This document shows, piece after piece, positions 1 through 11,156 of a stretch of DNA of 64,000 nucleotides. The position numbers and the translations under genes are program-made. The DNA is taken from positions 2,070,846 to 2,134,845 of the forward strand of contig RHPI01002069.1 in NCBI GenBank assembly GCA_009103225.1, read 5' to 3'. Below the pieces are notes generated by a model. It saw only the letters and a program-made list of their open reading frames with translations. It made no database searches and was not told where the DNA came from. This DNA comes from Chlorokybus atmophyticus (lineage: Eukaryota > Plantae > Mesostigma and Chlorokybus algae). The first letter of the stretch is position 1; each line of letters starts with the position of its first letter.

Positions 1-2195
1 CGCGCACCATGTTACACTGCTGGCAGTGGCTGACGAACCCCTGCACCTGTTTTGTTAACCGATACCACCAATATTGTGCCCTCACTAAGCTGACTGTACG
101 CTTGACACCGAAGTGTCCAAGCTCAGTGTGGAGGGAAGTGATGATGCCCTCGCGCGTGACTGGTGTCGGCACTTCCTTGTCTTCGTCATGGAAGCGGCGA
201 TATAGCTTGTCACCTGCCCATCGATAGTGACGGGTGCGTTGGTTGACACGGTCCTTTACGCGGGCACTCATGCCGGAGGGAAGCTGGCCACTTTGAAGAA
301 AGGAGAGTGATGGCTTGTCCAGCCATATGTCCTGCCGGGTGTCAGTGGGCGCCAGCTCTGTGTCATCAACTTCAATGTCAACTGCGTGGGCGTCTTCCAA
401 GGGTGTGGTTGCCGCAGGGCCGGTAGGCTGAAGGGCAGGAATCTCCTCTGCCATTGCTGAGGCAATGGTGTTGGTCTTGTGCCCTGAGCGCAACGCGGCA
501 GCCGCAAACATGGCTGCCATGGTGGGGGTTGTTGCTGCAGGGACGAGCTCATGCCGAGCTCCAGTTGCATCGTTGATGCTGAGGTGAGGGTTGCGACTGA
601 GGCCATCGGCGTCTTGGTTGGTGAGGCCAGCGCGGTGGTCGATCTCGTACTGCTGCAACAGCAAGGCCCATCGAGCAAGTTTCCCTGTCAGATGTTGGTT
701 GGTCATCAGCCACTTGAGGGGCTGATGATCGGTGATTAGCTGGAACTGCCGACCAAAGAGGAAGGGTCAGAAGAAGGAGATGGCCCACACTGCAGCGAGG
801 CACCCCCCCTTGTAGCTGCTGTAGTTGGCCTCGGCGTTATTGTTGCTTCGGCTGGCGTATGACACCACCCGCTCCTTCTTGTTCTCAATCGTGCTACACC
901 AGCACCGCTCCCATCCCCAGCTTGCTCTCGTCGGTATGAAGGATGAAAGGCTTGGCGTAGTCCGGACGTTGAAGGATGGGAGCGGTGGTGAGCCTGCTTT
1001 TCAGCTCCTCGAAGGCCTGCTGTTGCGGCTCCTTCCATGCGAACTCCACCTCCTTCTTCGATAGCTTGTTGAGGGGCCTTGCGATCTTCGCGAAGTCCTT
1101 CACGAACCGGCGATAGTAGTTGGCAAGTCTCAAAAAAGCGCGCCGACGTGTGAGGTCTGTCGGGGCAGAGATAGCTGCCAGAGCCTCTACTATTGCCTGC
1201 TGCACATACACACCGTGGGGCACAATCATGTGCCCTAAGTACAGCACCTTGTGGGTGAAAAAGGTACACTTGTCGGGGTGTACGGTCATCCCCACTCCCT
1301 TGAGTCGTTTCAGCACCGCTTCGATGTGCTGAAGATGCTCCTCGTTGCTGCGGCTGAAGATGAGGATGTCATCGATGTAGCACCGCGCGAAGTCCAGCCC
1401 CTTCAAGGCCTTGTCCATGACGCGTTGAAACTTGGCGGGGGCATTCTTCAGCCCAAACGGCATTACCTTCCATTGGTACAACCATCGGTTGCCCCAGAAG
1501 AAGGTCTTGTGCTTGTCCTCGTCCTTGATGGCGATTTGGTTGTACCCTTGACGCATGTGCAGGATGCTGAAGACTGTGCAGTCTCCCACATCATCAAAGA
1601 TACCCTCTGCTGTGGGCATGGGGTACCTGTCTTGCTTGGTCTTGTTGTTGAGGGGGCGATAGTCGCCACACATGCGTCGCTCTGTCCAGTTGCCTGCTGA
1701 ATTCTTCTTCAGTGGCATGACGGTTGCTGCTGTGAAGTCCGATGTGGACTCTTCGATAAGGCCTGCATCAAGTAGCGCCTTACATTCCTGCTCCACCAGG
1801 TCCTCTTCCAACTTGGACAGCCTGTATTGCCGCCGGAACACCAGCTCAGTGTCCACCAGCTCGATGTCCATCTGGTACACTGAGCATGTACCCAATGCCT
1901 TCACATTGAAGCTGAATTGGCTCCTCCATTTGTCGAGGAGAGCCTCCAGCTTCTCTCGAGTGTCTTTTGTGGCCAAAGGGCCAATGGCATGGTCCCATGA
2001 GGTCGCATTGGCAACCACGGGAATGTCCTCCACTGTCACTGCTGCTTGCTCCTCCATGTGGACCACCTCGAGGGCTGTGTGAGCGGCCTTGGTGTCGACA
2101 ACGCGATCAGCCCACCCCCCAGCCAAGTGTTCGAGATCCTCGAAGGACACGTGGCGGTCCTGCAATGCGAAGCTCAGCTCCAGCAGCCATACCAT
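1..2195 (-). pseudogene. gypsy pol: reverse transcriptase, RNase H and N-terminal part of integrase (stops and frameshifts)
   Basis: ORF 894-2195 has RYPMP, MPFGLKNAPAKFQR, YIDDIL and PFILHTD. Shifted frames give VSYASRSNNNAEANYSSY, TDHQPLKWL, KLARWALLLQ and the HHCC integrase finger near 1-130. Confidence 0.93.
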
Positions 2196-3140
2196 GCTGT
2201 TCTAGTCCATGGCGCGGCCAAGCAGCTGGCATTGCTGACTATCTGTCAGCGATGAGCCCGTGATGCTGTTGGGGAAGAATTCATGGCGCGTTCACGCTCG
2301 CGTGCGTTGGGTTCCTCCGGCCTGTTGGTGGTCGCATCAAACACCATCCCGTTACCACCATTCCGAAATACATAGGAGCCTGGGTAGGATACCAATGTGG
2401 GGAGTGCGCGACGGGGCTGACCGGGCTGATTGCACGGGTAGAAGTGGTTGTGGTCATGACGCAGCACAGGTTGTGCTTTGCGGCCGGGGTCAAGGATGTC
2501 ATCGATCAGCAGGTTGCGCGGCCGAGCGCTGCGTGTGTATTTTGCGGTCATAAGCTCCTCCACGGTGGCCAAGTTTGTCCACTTGGCACGTACACGATGT
2601 GCGCGCGAGCCATGTTGTGCAGCGTTCACCTTGAGTGGGTGCCCCAGAATGGAGCAAACTTGTCGGTAGCTGGAGGCCACATGCGGGCGCTTGTTGTCCT
2701 CTGAATGCACATTTTCAATGACGTACCCCAGGGGTCTGGAGATCTATTGGTGTTGAAGGAGGTGAATGATTCTCATTAGCTCCCAAAACAGCCCTGAGCG
2801 AGGGTCTTCGAGGCCTTGCCCCTTGCCTGCCCTGGAGTGCCCTTGGCATTCCCACCCAGCTATCAATAGGTCGACGTTGCCGAGGGACAGTAGGTGATCT
2901 TCGGTAATCAGCTGGATGTCTTGTGAAAACGCTTTGAGGCTGCCTTACAACGCCGAGAGGGGTAGTAGCTGTGGAGATCTCTCGTGCAGTTGGCGTAAGT
3001 GGTGCTTGAGGGCCGTTTGCGCGTGTGGGTCTAGGTCGCAGTAATAGTACTTGACAACCTTCACACCCGTGTTGAGGACATCGGCACGACCACTGCCAAT
3101 GCCTCCAAACAGCTCCAACACTGTGATGCCCTGCTGCCTG
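2195..3140 (-). pseudogene. C5 cytosine DNA methyltransferase domain embedded in gypsy pol between protease and RT
   Basis: Motif I VLELFGGIGSG (~3091-3122). In the same frame across stops: QDI, motif IV DLLIAGWECQGHSRAG (~2825-2875), LEDPRSGLF, motif VI YVIENV (~2705-2725), motif VIII VNAAQHGSRAHRVRAKW. Motif IX EPNARERERAM, then after a frameshift motif X LLGRAMD. Confidence 0.9.
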
Positions 3141-3644
3141 CGAAAGGTGTGGAACTCCAGCATTCCGGTGGCCACCATATGCTGGTCCTGCACCTTGTTG
3201 TGGCTTCGGTAGTTGGGGAAGCGCGTGATGATCAGTGGCTGGCTCAGCAAAACGTGTGCGTCCACATGTGCGCGCCAGCGCCGTTCGGCTGGGTCTTGTA
3301 ATGCTACTTTCACGGTGGCATCCTCCTGCTCCTCGTTGTAAGGGGTGAGAGAGGAGTCGACGGTTCGACACGGAGCCGTGGCACCAGCAGCGTCTTGCGT
3401 CGGAGCGCTGTCGTATGTGGCCGTTGCAGCCTCCCGTGTGAGGGCGTGGCTGCGTGTGGCCACGGCAGCCACTTTGCGTTGGGCGCGCGTGCGCAAGACC
3501 AACTCGAGAGGCAGGAAACCCTGCACCTCTCTGTCATCCTTATCCCAATGTCCCGAAGCCACGCCCGCTCTGTCCAGCAGTCGAGGTCCATGCCCACAGG
3601 GAAGTTGAAGTCCTGCCCAAGCGGAAAATCGAAGGAGCGCTCGG

Positions 3645-4322
3645 CTAGCCGGCATTGGTGATCACACATTGCTTGATGATCTCGGTTGTGTGGGTTGGGT
3701 CCAGCCCTGTCAACCGAATGCAAAAGGCCTCCCTGGTGATTCCCATCACCTTATCTCGGCTACCTGTGGCAGTGCTTAACACATACGGGCAAGGCACCAA
3801 GTCGGAGCTGGTTATGCCGAGGGACCGCGCGAGGAAGCGCCCGATGATGATCGGCTGTGCTCCGGTATCCAGCATCACTCGCTTGGGTGCCAGGCCGTTA
3901 ATGGTAACGTGCTTGCCTTGGTTGGCCACCATGGCAGCATTGGCGTTAATGCGCAGCCTTTTCGTAGGAGCTGTCTGCACCTTTGCCTCAGTTCTCTCAG
4001 GTGGGGGTGCTGAGCGCATTGCAGATAGAGCTCCTCTGCCTGCTGGGTCCGGAGGACCCCCTCCTTGCCCTCTCCCTCTGCTGAACCGACCTTGTCGTGG
4101 TGGTTGGTAGACATGGGGGGGCCTCGGTGCTGGAGGTTCCGGCGCCGGTTGTGGTGGCGGCGTAGGTGGATGCTGCCTTTGCGAAGATGGAATCATGCCC
4201 GCGGGTGTACCCAATGGCTGTGGAGGAAACCGCAGAGAACCCCGTGTTTGTGGGCCTGCCTCGCGTTCAGCTTGCTCCGCGGCGTACGTCCATCGGACAG
4301 CATGAGCCGCCTCTTTGACCAA
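3645..4322 (-). pseudogene. gypsy aspartic protease region
   Basis: RVMLDTGAQPIIIGRFLARSLG retropepsin-like motif, preceded by a Pro/Gly/Arg-rich linker. Confidence 0.85.
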
Positions 4323-4364
4323 CGTCCCTTCCCACGTGGCCGTGGGCTTGGTGTCTATGTCGGT

Positions 4365-5115
4365 TCAGTGATGATATTGAGACATGGGCTGCAGGTATAC
4401 GGCGCGTAGTAGCTGTCGCCGCATGTCGTGGGTGATGGTGGGGACTCGCAAGATCCATGCCATGTAGGCATCCCACCTTCCTTGTACCACTCCCACATCG
4501 AGCACGGTCATGGAGCGCGCGCGTAGGGTGCGCTGGAGGTTAGTCAGCTGTGCGTGTAGCTCATGAGCAATGGCAATGCGCCGCCGTTGTCGTGCGGCTT
4601 CCACCCCTGGCAGCCGCAGCATTGCCTCTTGCACTCCCTCCAGCGTGTCCGGGGCCGTGGTGGCAGCCTCATCGTATGCTTGTCGCGCAAACGAACGAAT
4701 GCCCCCAACCATGATGCTCGGTTGCCAAAGGCAAACAAGGGGACAGCAGGGTGATTGGCAACGAGCCATGTCACGAGACGGGCTCAAGCGGCGCTGCCCT
4801 CTCGCATCCCCATCATCTGTTTTATTGTGTTGCCCTTAGGCCTGTGCAGCATGACTGCTTGTCGAATGAGTGCGGTACGGAGTTGTTGCTCCCCCACCAT
4901 ACCAGCTCCTCCTCGTTGTATGGTGTCCCCTTGCGGGGTGAGGTACCCTCGCCCCGCATCGCGTTGATCCTCAGGCATGTCTTCAACCAAAGGAGGCAGC
5001 AGCGGGGCGATTACCCCCCGCAATTGTTGTGCCAACGCCCTCGCTTGGTCTGCAACAGTTGCTTGTCCTGGCTGTGCGAGGGCGACTGCCGTGGAGTACT
5101 ATGGTCAGCGTTGTG
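4365..5115 (-). pseudogene. unknown N-terminal segment of gypsy ORF2 (downstream part)
   Basis: ORF 4365-4787 is in the same frame as the protease ORF, separated by one stop. ORF 4784-5035 continues upstream. No recognisable domain. Confidence 0.55.
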
Positions 5116-5540
5116 TGTTGAAGGACTAGCATGCACATGTAGCTGAGGCAAGCATGGATACACACGGACAGAGTTACCGCCACCAGAGCATACACAAGTC
5201 ACATCACATTCATCTATTACAAGTTGTCCGCTGGTTCTTATACCAGCCAGTTACACACACGTCTACGTTTGCAAGCACTGCGTAAGCTATACTCAGCCTT
5301 TTGACGCGCTCTAAGCTGTGTTGTCTTTCTTACAACCAGAGCTTTCCAACAAGCTCTCACACGCCTAATATGAGTAAGTATACACGGAGATATGAAGCAG
5401 TTAGTAAGGCTCCAGTCTGGAGTCCGGAGTCTGGTCCGACGATGCCATCTTGCTAAGTCCGGACCTAGTGCTCGTCCTTATGACCTTCTACTCCTGTGTG
5501 GAGGGTCGATGCTGATCGTATGTAGGAATGACTCTCAACA
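5116..5540 (-). repeat. 3' LTR of copia-1
   Basis: Direct repeat of 9612-10036, tgttgaagg...ctctcaaca. Confidence 0.97.
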
Positions 5541-5582
5541 CTCCCACGCGAGCAGCTTGACCTCCAACGCTTGCTCCTGTAG

Positions 5583-8500
5583 TCAAACACAGATGCCAAG
5601 TCCTGCGCAACAAGTCTTGAACTTGAGCGGTGACAATGGCTTTGTCATGAAGTCCGCCAGCATGCCCTCAGTGTTGCAGTACTGGAACTCCACCTCCTTC
5701 CTTGTGACTCTGTCACGCACAAAATGATGCATGACATCAATGTGCTTCGTCCTTGCTGAGGCGATAGGGTGCTTCAACAACTTGATGGCTCCTTGGTTGT
5801 CACAGTTGATGACGATGCACGCCATGGGGTGCTCCAAGTCTGCCATGAGCTTGCGAAGCCAGAGTGCCTCCTTCACTGCTGCTGCCGCTGCCATGTACTC
5901 AGCCTCTGATGTAGATGCTGCTGTTGTTGGCTGCAGCCTGCTGTTCCAGCTCACCACGCCTCCGTTCAGCTTGAAGACGTAGCCTGTAGTGGACCTCCTG
6001 CTGTTGAGGTCACCAGCAAAGTCCGAGTCGCAGTAGCCCTCCAACTCAGTGCTCCCGCTCCCAAACTTGATGCCAACTGTTGCGCTCCCAGCAACATAGC
6101 GTAGTACTCCCTTTGCTGCTCTCCAGTGCTCCATGCTCGGTGCAGACATGTAGCGAGCAAGTACTCCCACAGCATGTGCAACATCGGGACGTGTGCACAC
6201 TGCCAGATAGAGCATGCTGCCTACCAGCTCACCATATGGATACTGAGCCTTGTCGAGTACCTCCTCATCCTTTGCCTTGATGAGGGCAGTGCCAAGTGCC
6301 AACGGTGTGGTCTTGGTCTTCGCTTCAGTGAGCCCAAACTTGGTGACGAGTCTTTTCACCATCTGCTCCTGACTGATCTTGATTGTGCGAGCCGCCATGT
6401 CGCGCTCAATCACCATGCCAAGGAACCACTTGGCCTCTCCAAGATCACGAACTGAGAATGCTTGCTGTAGAGCAAGTTTCGTCTCCTGCAGGTGGTGCAC
6501 CTGCCAAGCGGTGATGATGATATCATCAACATACACGAGCAGCCAGACCTTGTTGTCTGCATGGATGAAGAGACCAGGGTCTGCAGAGGATGCGGTGAAG
6601 CCAAGTGCCTCCAACTCCTTGGTGAGCTTGATGTGCCACATACGCGGTGCCTGTCGCAGCCCGTACAGTGCCTTGATCGGCTTGCACGCTGTGCCTCTCT
6701 CCCCTTCTTTATATCCAGGTGGTTGCTCGATGAAGATCTCCTCCTCCAGCTCTCCGTAGAGGAAGGCAGTCTTCACATCCAGGTGATGCAGCTCCAGGTC
6801 TTCAGCAGCAACCATAGCTAGCACTGCACGGAAGGTGGTATGCTTACTTGCAGGTGCAAACACTTCGTTGAAGTCCACACCTTCCTGCTGCAAGAAGCCC
6901 TTTGCCACCAGTCTTGCCTTGTAGCGCTCAATGTTGCCCTGACCATCACGCTTCACCTTGAAGACCCATTTCACTGGAATGGTCTTCACTCCTTGCGGAA
7001 TCTGCTCCAGTGACCAAGTGTTGTTGGCATGGAGTGACGCAATCTCCTCGTCCATAGCACGCCATGCCATTGCTCCGCATCTGGTGGTAACAATGCCTCC
7101 GCGTAGGTGCTTGGCTCCTCATTCTGCACACTGGCGACGTGTGCCTTGTGTAGGAAGTTTGGTGCCTTTCTCTCCCTCACTGGGTATCTCCGAGCTGCGT
7201 GCTCCTGCTGCAGGTGCGGCTCCTTCTGGCCTGCTACAATTGAGTCTCGCTCACCTTTGTTGTTGATGACTGTCTCGCCCTCAGCCTCCAATGTCTTAGG
7301 ATGCTCCTGTGGCTGTACTTCATCGTCATCTCCCGGAAAGAAGCTTGCTTCTGGTTGTGATAATCCCTCATGGAAAACCACCTCTCTGCTCACGATGATC
7401 TTTTGAGTGTCCTCGAGCAAGATCCTGTAAGCCTTGGAACCCGGTTCATAGCCAACGAAGATGCCCTTCTTGCTGACCGGCTCCAGCTTGTGCCTGAGCT
7501 GTTTAGGCACTAGTGCATATGCCGTGCATCCAAACACACGCATACCACTCACATCTGGTGTGGCTCCATAGAAGTGCTCCCACGGAGTCTTCTGCTCTGA
7601 GCTCACCGGAGACCTGTTGCGGATGTAGTTGGCAGTGAGTACCGCCTCCTTCCACAAACTGTCTTCCATCTTTGTGTCGTTGAGCATAGCTCGAACACGC
7701 TCCAAGAGTGTCCTGTTGAGGCGTTCAGCTGCTCCATTCTGCTGCGGGGTGTAGGGTGCCGTTGTCTCGTGGCGTATGCCCTTGCTGGCGAAGAACTCCT
7801 TCAACTCCTTGTTGATGTACTCCCCTCCTCGATCACTCCTCATTGCCTTCATCTTGTTGCCAGACTGGGTCTCCAACAAGGCTACAACTGTGCGCACAGC
7901 TCCAGCAACTTCTGACTTCAGTGTCAACGGAAAGATGATGGACAGCTTGCTGTAGTCGTCGAGGAATGTAGCAAAGTACCTGACCCCTCCCTTCGCCACA
8001 ATGCGCATAGGGCCACAGACATCCATGTGCACAAGCTCGCAAGGATGCTGACTGCTAGAAGAGGATGATGGGAATGGCATAGCATGCTGCTTTGCAACCA
8101 GGCATGGTTCACAAAGTGCACCTGATGCATTCTTGAGTTCTTCTGTGCTGAGATGGATGCCCTTGACCATCTTGTCAGCGACAAGGCGAGTGAGGTTGAC
8201 GTAGCTGAGATGCCCGAACCTTCGATGCCACAATGTTGGCGACTCCTTGTCCTTCACCACCATGGCTTGAATGTCTCTGTCTTGAGGCTGCTCCACGTGG
8301 TAGAGCCCTCCCGGATCAGCGATTTCAACCATGTGCACAACCCCATCAATGATGACTGAGCAGCCACCCTTCCGAAATAGGATCTCCGCGCCTAAGCGCT
8401 CCGCAACCCTCACAGAGAATAGACTCGCAATAGCCTTAGGAACATGCAGGACGTTGCGTAACAACACCTCGCGTAGCGTGTTACCAACCTTGCACTGGAG

Positions 8501-9568
8501 TCGTACGTTGCCAACTCCCTCAGCCACCAGTACTTCGCCACCGAAGCCCGCCACCTTGATTGTGGACGTCAGCTTCCTGTAGCCCTCCATCACCTCCTTG
8601 TTTGGTGTGAGATGACGATCGCAGCCAGAGTCCACCACCCAGAAAGCTGTGCCCGCCCTCGAACTGGATGCAGTGAAGGCGACATGTTTCTCCTTGTGTT
8701 GGTGCTCGTTGCCGCTGTTGCTGGTGCTTGCTCTAGGTTGCCCCTGTTGTTTCCTCCTACAGTCCTTCACAATGTGCCCCTTCCAACCACACCAGTGGCA
8801 TGTGAGGTCTTTGTGACGAGGATTGCCTGGCTTGTTGCCCTTGTACTTCTCTTCATGGTTGCTCTTCTTTGCGTGCTTGCCGGTGTAGAAGGCGACGGCA
8901 TCCGCTTGCTCGTCCTTCTTCACAACCCTCTGCTCCACGGTGAGCAGCTTCGGTAGCACATCGTCCAACGTCAACTCCGATGATGACGTCTCCAGCAGGG
9001 TTGCGACGACCTCGAACTCTGCTGGTAGCCCTGCAACAATGGCCAGCACTACCTCCGTCTCCCCCATGTTGTGGCCGACGTTGATGAGGTCCGCCCACAG
9101 CTCTCTCGCGCGCGCAATATACTTTGTGATGGGTTCTGCTGTCTCCTGCCCGAGTGCGCTGAGCTGCTTGCGTAGATGCAACTTTCTGGCATTGTTCTTG
9201 GCTCTGAAAACGGCTGATAGCTTTTCCCAAGCTTGTCTACCATCCTCACATGCAGTGAGCATGGGAAAGTGATGCGGTTTGCTGTTCAACACAAGTAAAG
9301 AGTGTGCTTCTGCTGAATGCTCTGACCACACAGTGTTCGCTCCTGGTGTTGGTGGTGGTGCCTTCGGATCAACGTACTTCCACACCTTCTTGTGGATGAG
9401 CAAGGCCTTCATCTCCACGCACCATGTGTTGTAGTTGTCGGTGTCCAGCTTTGCAATCTGCCCCTTGTCGTAGGTCGCCTCCATTTCTGTCGAGCCTGCC
9501 TTTCTTGCAGTTGACACCCAAGGCTCTGCTACCAACAAGCTACCGTAGTGTAGAACTACTATGCACAC
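5583..9568 (-). CDS. copia gag-pol polyprotein, one apparent 2-bp frameshift near 7065
   Basis: DNYNTWCVEMKALL (gag), CHWCGWKGHIVKDC knuckle, WVVDSGC protease, LWHRRFGHL, VHMDVCGP/RSDRGGEY integrase, YKARLVAKGF and LLVYVDD RT, GYCDSDFAG RNase H. Confidence 0.93.
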
Positions 9569-9599
9569 AAGCTAGTCTCACACTCCTCAAGCGTAGTGT

Positions 9600-9611
9600 G
9601 GGCCCATAACC
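9600..9611 (-). promoter_or_regulatory. primer-binding site GGTTATGGGCCC (internal half-tRNAiMet type)
   Basis: Immediately follows the 5' LTR on the minus strand; the same 12-mer is at 44079-44090. Confidence 0.85.
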
Positions 9612-10036
9612 TGTTGAAGGACTAGCATGCACATGTAGCTGAGGCAAGCATGGATACACACGGACAGAGTTACCGCCACCAGAGCATACACAAGTCACAT
9701 CACATTCATCTATTACAAGTTGTCCGCTGGTTCTTATACCAGCCAGTTACACACACGTCTACGTTTGCAAGCACTGCGTAAGCTATACTCAGCCTTTTGA
9801 CGCGCTCTAAGCTGTGTTGTCTTTCTTACAACCAGAGCTTTCCAACAAGCTCTCACACGCCTAATATGAGTAAGTATACACGGAGATATGAAGCAGTTAG
9901 TAAGGCTCCAGTTTGGAGTCCGGAGTCTGGTCCGACGATGCCATCTTGCTAAGTCCGGACCTAGTGCTCGTCCTTACGACCTTCTACTCCTGTGTGGAGG
10001 GTCGATGCTGATCGTATGTAGGAATGACTCTCAACA
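9612..10036 (-). repeat. 5' LTR of copia-1
   Basis: Direct repeat of 5116-5540. Confidence 0.97.
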
Positions 10037-11138
10037 CTGTGGAGGCGCTGGCAACATCTGCCGGCGCTGCGGCTGGTATGGCAACGGCGTGTGCTGCTTC
10101 GTACGCCTGTCGGCGCGCGTCCACTTGGGCAGCTTGGTCCACCCGATAACGATGTGCCTGTTCGAGAGCAGAAAACCGCTCTTGACGGCTGCCTTAAGTG
10201 AGCCCCCGAAGCGCGGGATCGGTGCCCAGCGCGATGTCCGACGTGGTGACCACGAGGTCTTGTATTTCGCGACGCTGGAGTCCGAGTGGGTCCAGTGGTG
10301 AGGGCTCGAAGTCGATCTGTTGCGCGGGCATTTGTTGCAGCGATTGACTGGGTGTGCCCTGCAACCTTGCGTGTAATGCCAAAAACAACAGAATGGCCAG
10401 CTTCAACACTGCAGGTCGCCGGTAGGTGACCCCGAAGAGACGATCCCTCATCTCCGGAGCAGTGCCGGCGAGGATTTCATCCGCTAGCTGTTGTTGTGTG
10501 GGTTCCGGCAGGGTGTGGTACTCTGGAGGTGGTAGGGGCAAGATGCGATCATCGCATGCCACGCGCGTGGTGCGTTGCCCCCCTGGTCCGTACGCAATGG
10601 TGGTGGGCTCCACGTTGCGTAGATCCGACGCCCAGGAGCGTTCTGCTTGTGGTCCACGTGGCACTTGCTGTGTGACATCAAGTGCTGGTGGCGGTGCTGT
10701 TCGAACCTCAGGTAGTGGTGCAGTGGGTGTGGCAGCACTACTTGAGGCGATGGTTGTGGCACCTGCAGCAGTCGTCGTCACTGAGGTGGCGGCTGTGAGG
10801 GTGGCAGCGGTTAAGGCCGATGTGGTTGCTTCAATGGAGGCAGGAGTGGTGGCTTCACCATCCACGAACCCAACGACCATGGTTGTTGCGGCGTTGGTGC
10901 TTTCCATCACCGGGGACAGCGTGGTGCCAAGAGTGCTGGCACCTGCTGTCGTGGTCGGTGTGGATGCCGATGGTGTCGTCGACGGCGTCGTCCCAGCAGT
11001 GGTTGTGGCTGCCGAGGCAGCACCACTTGTGGCGTCCGTCGATGCCACTGTTGACGACGCGCCAGCTTCCCTGCGCGCACGTCTTGATGGTTGTACGCGT
11101 GACGGCGTGGGAGTGTCCCTATCCCGTTTTGGTGCCAT
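10037..11138 (-). pseudogene. unknown Ala/Thr-rich N-terminal segment of gypsy ORF2 (upstream part)
   Basis: ATG 19 nt after the gag stop; 314-aa ORF (MAPKRDRD...). The frame continues past one TAA up to the copia TSD. Confidence 0.55.
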
Positions 11139-11156
11139 CAGCGCCCACCTAGCAGC

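Larger units (their letters stand above)
5116..10036 (-). mobile_element. Ty1/copia LTR retrotransposon, full length and young, nested in the gypsy element
   Basis: 425-bp LTRs 5116-5540 and 9612-10036 (TG...CA, 2 substitutions by eye). TSD TTGTG/CTGTG (4 of 5 match). PBS GGTTATGGGCCC. PPT-like GCGTGGGAG. gag-PR-INT-RT-RH order. Confidence 0.97.

Noticed and set aside
7055-7080. Programmed frameshift between integrase and RT in copia-1
   Set aside because: Copia pol is normally one frame and copia-2 reads DAEQWQQAMDEE without a shift here; a 2-bp insertion or assembly error explains it.
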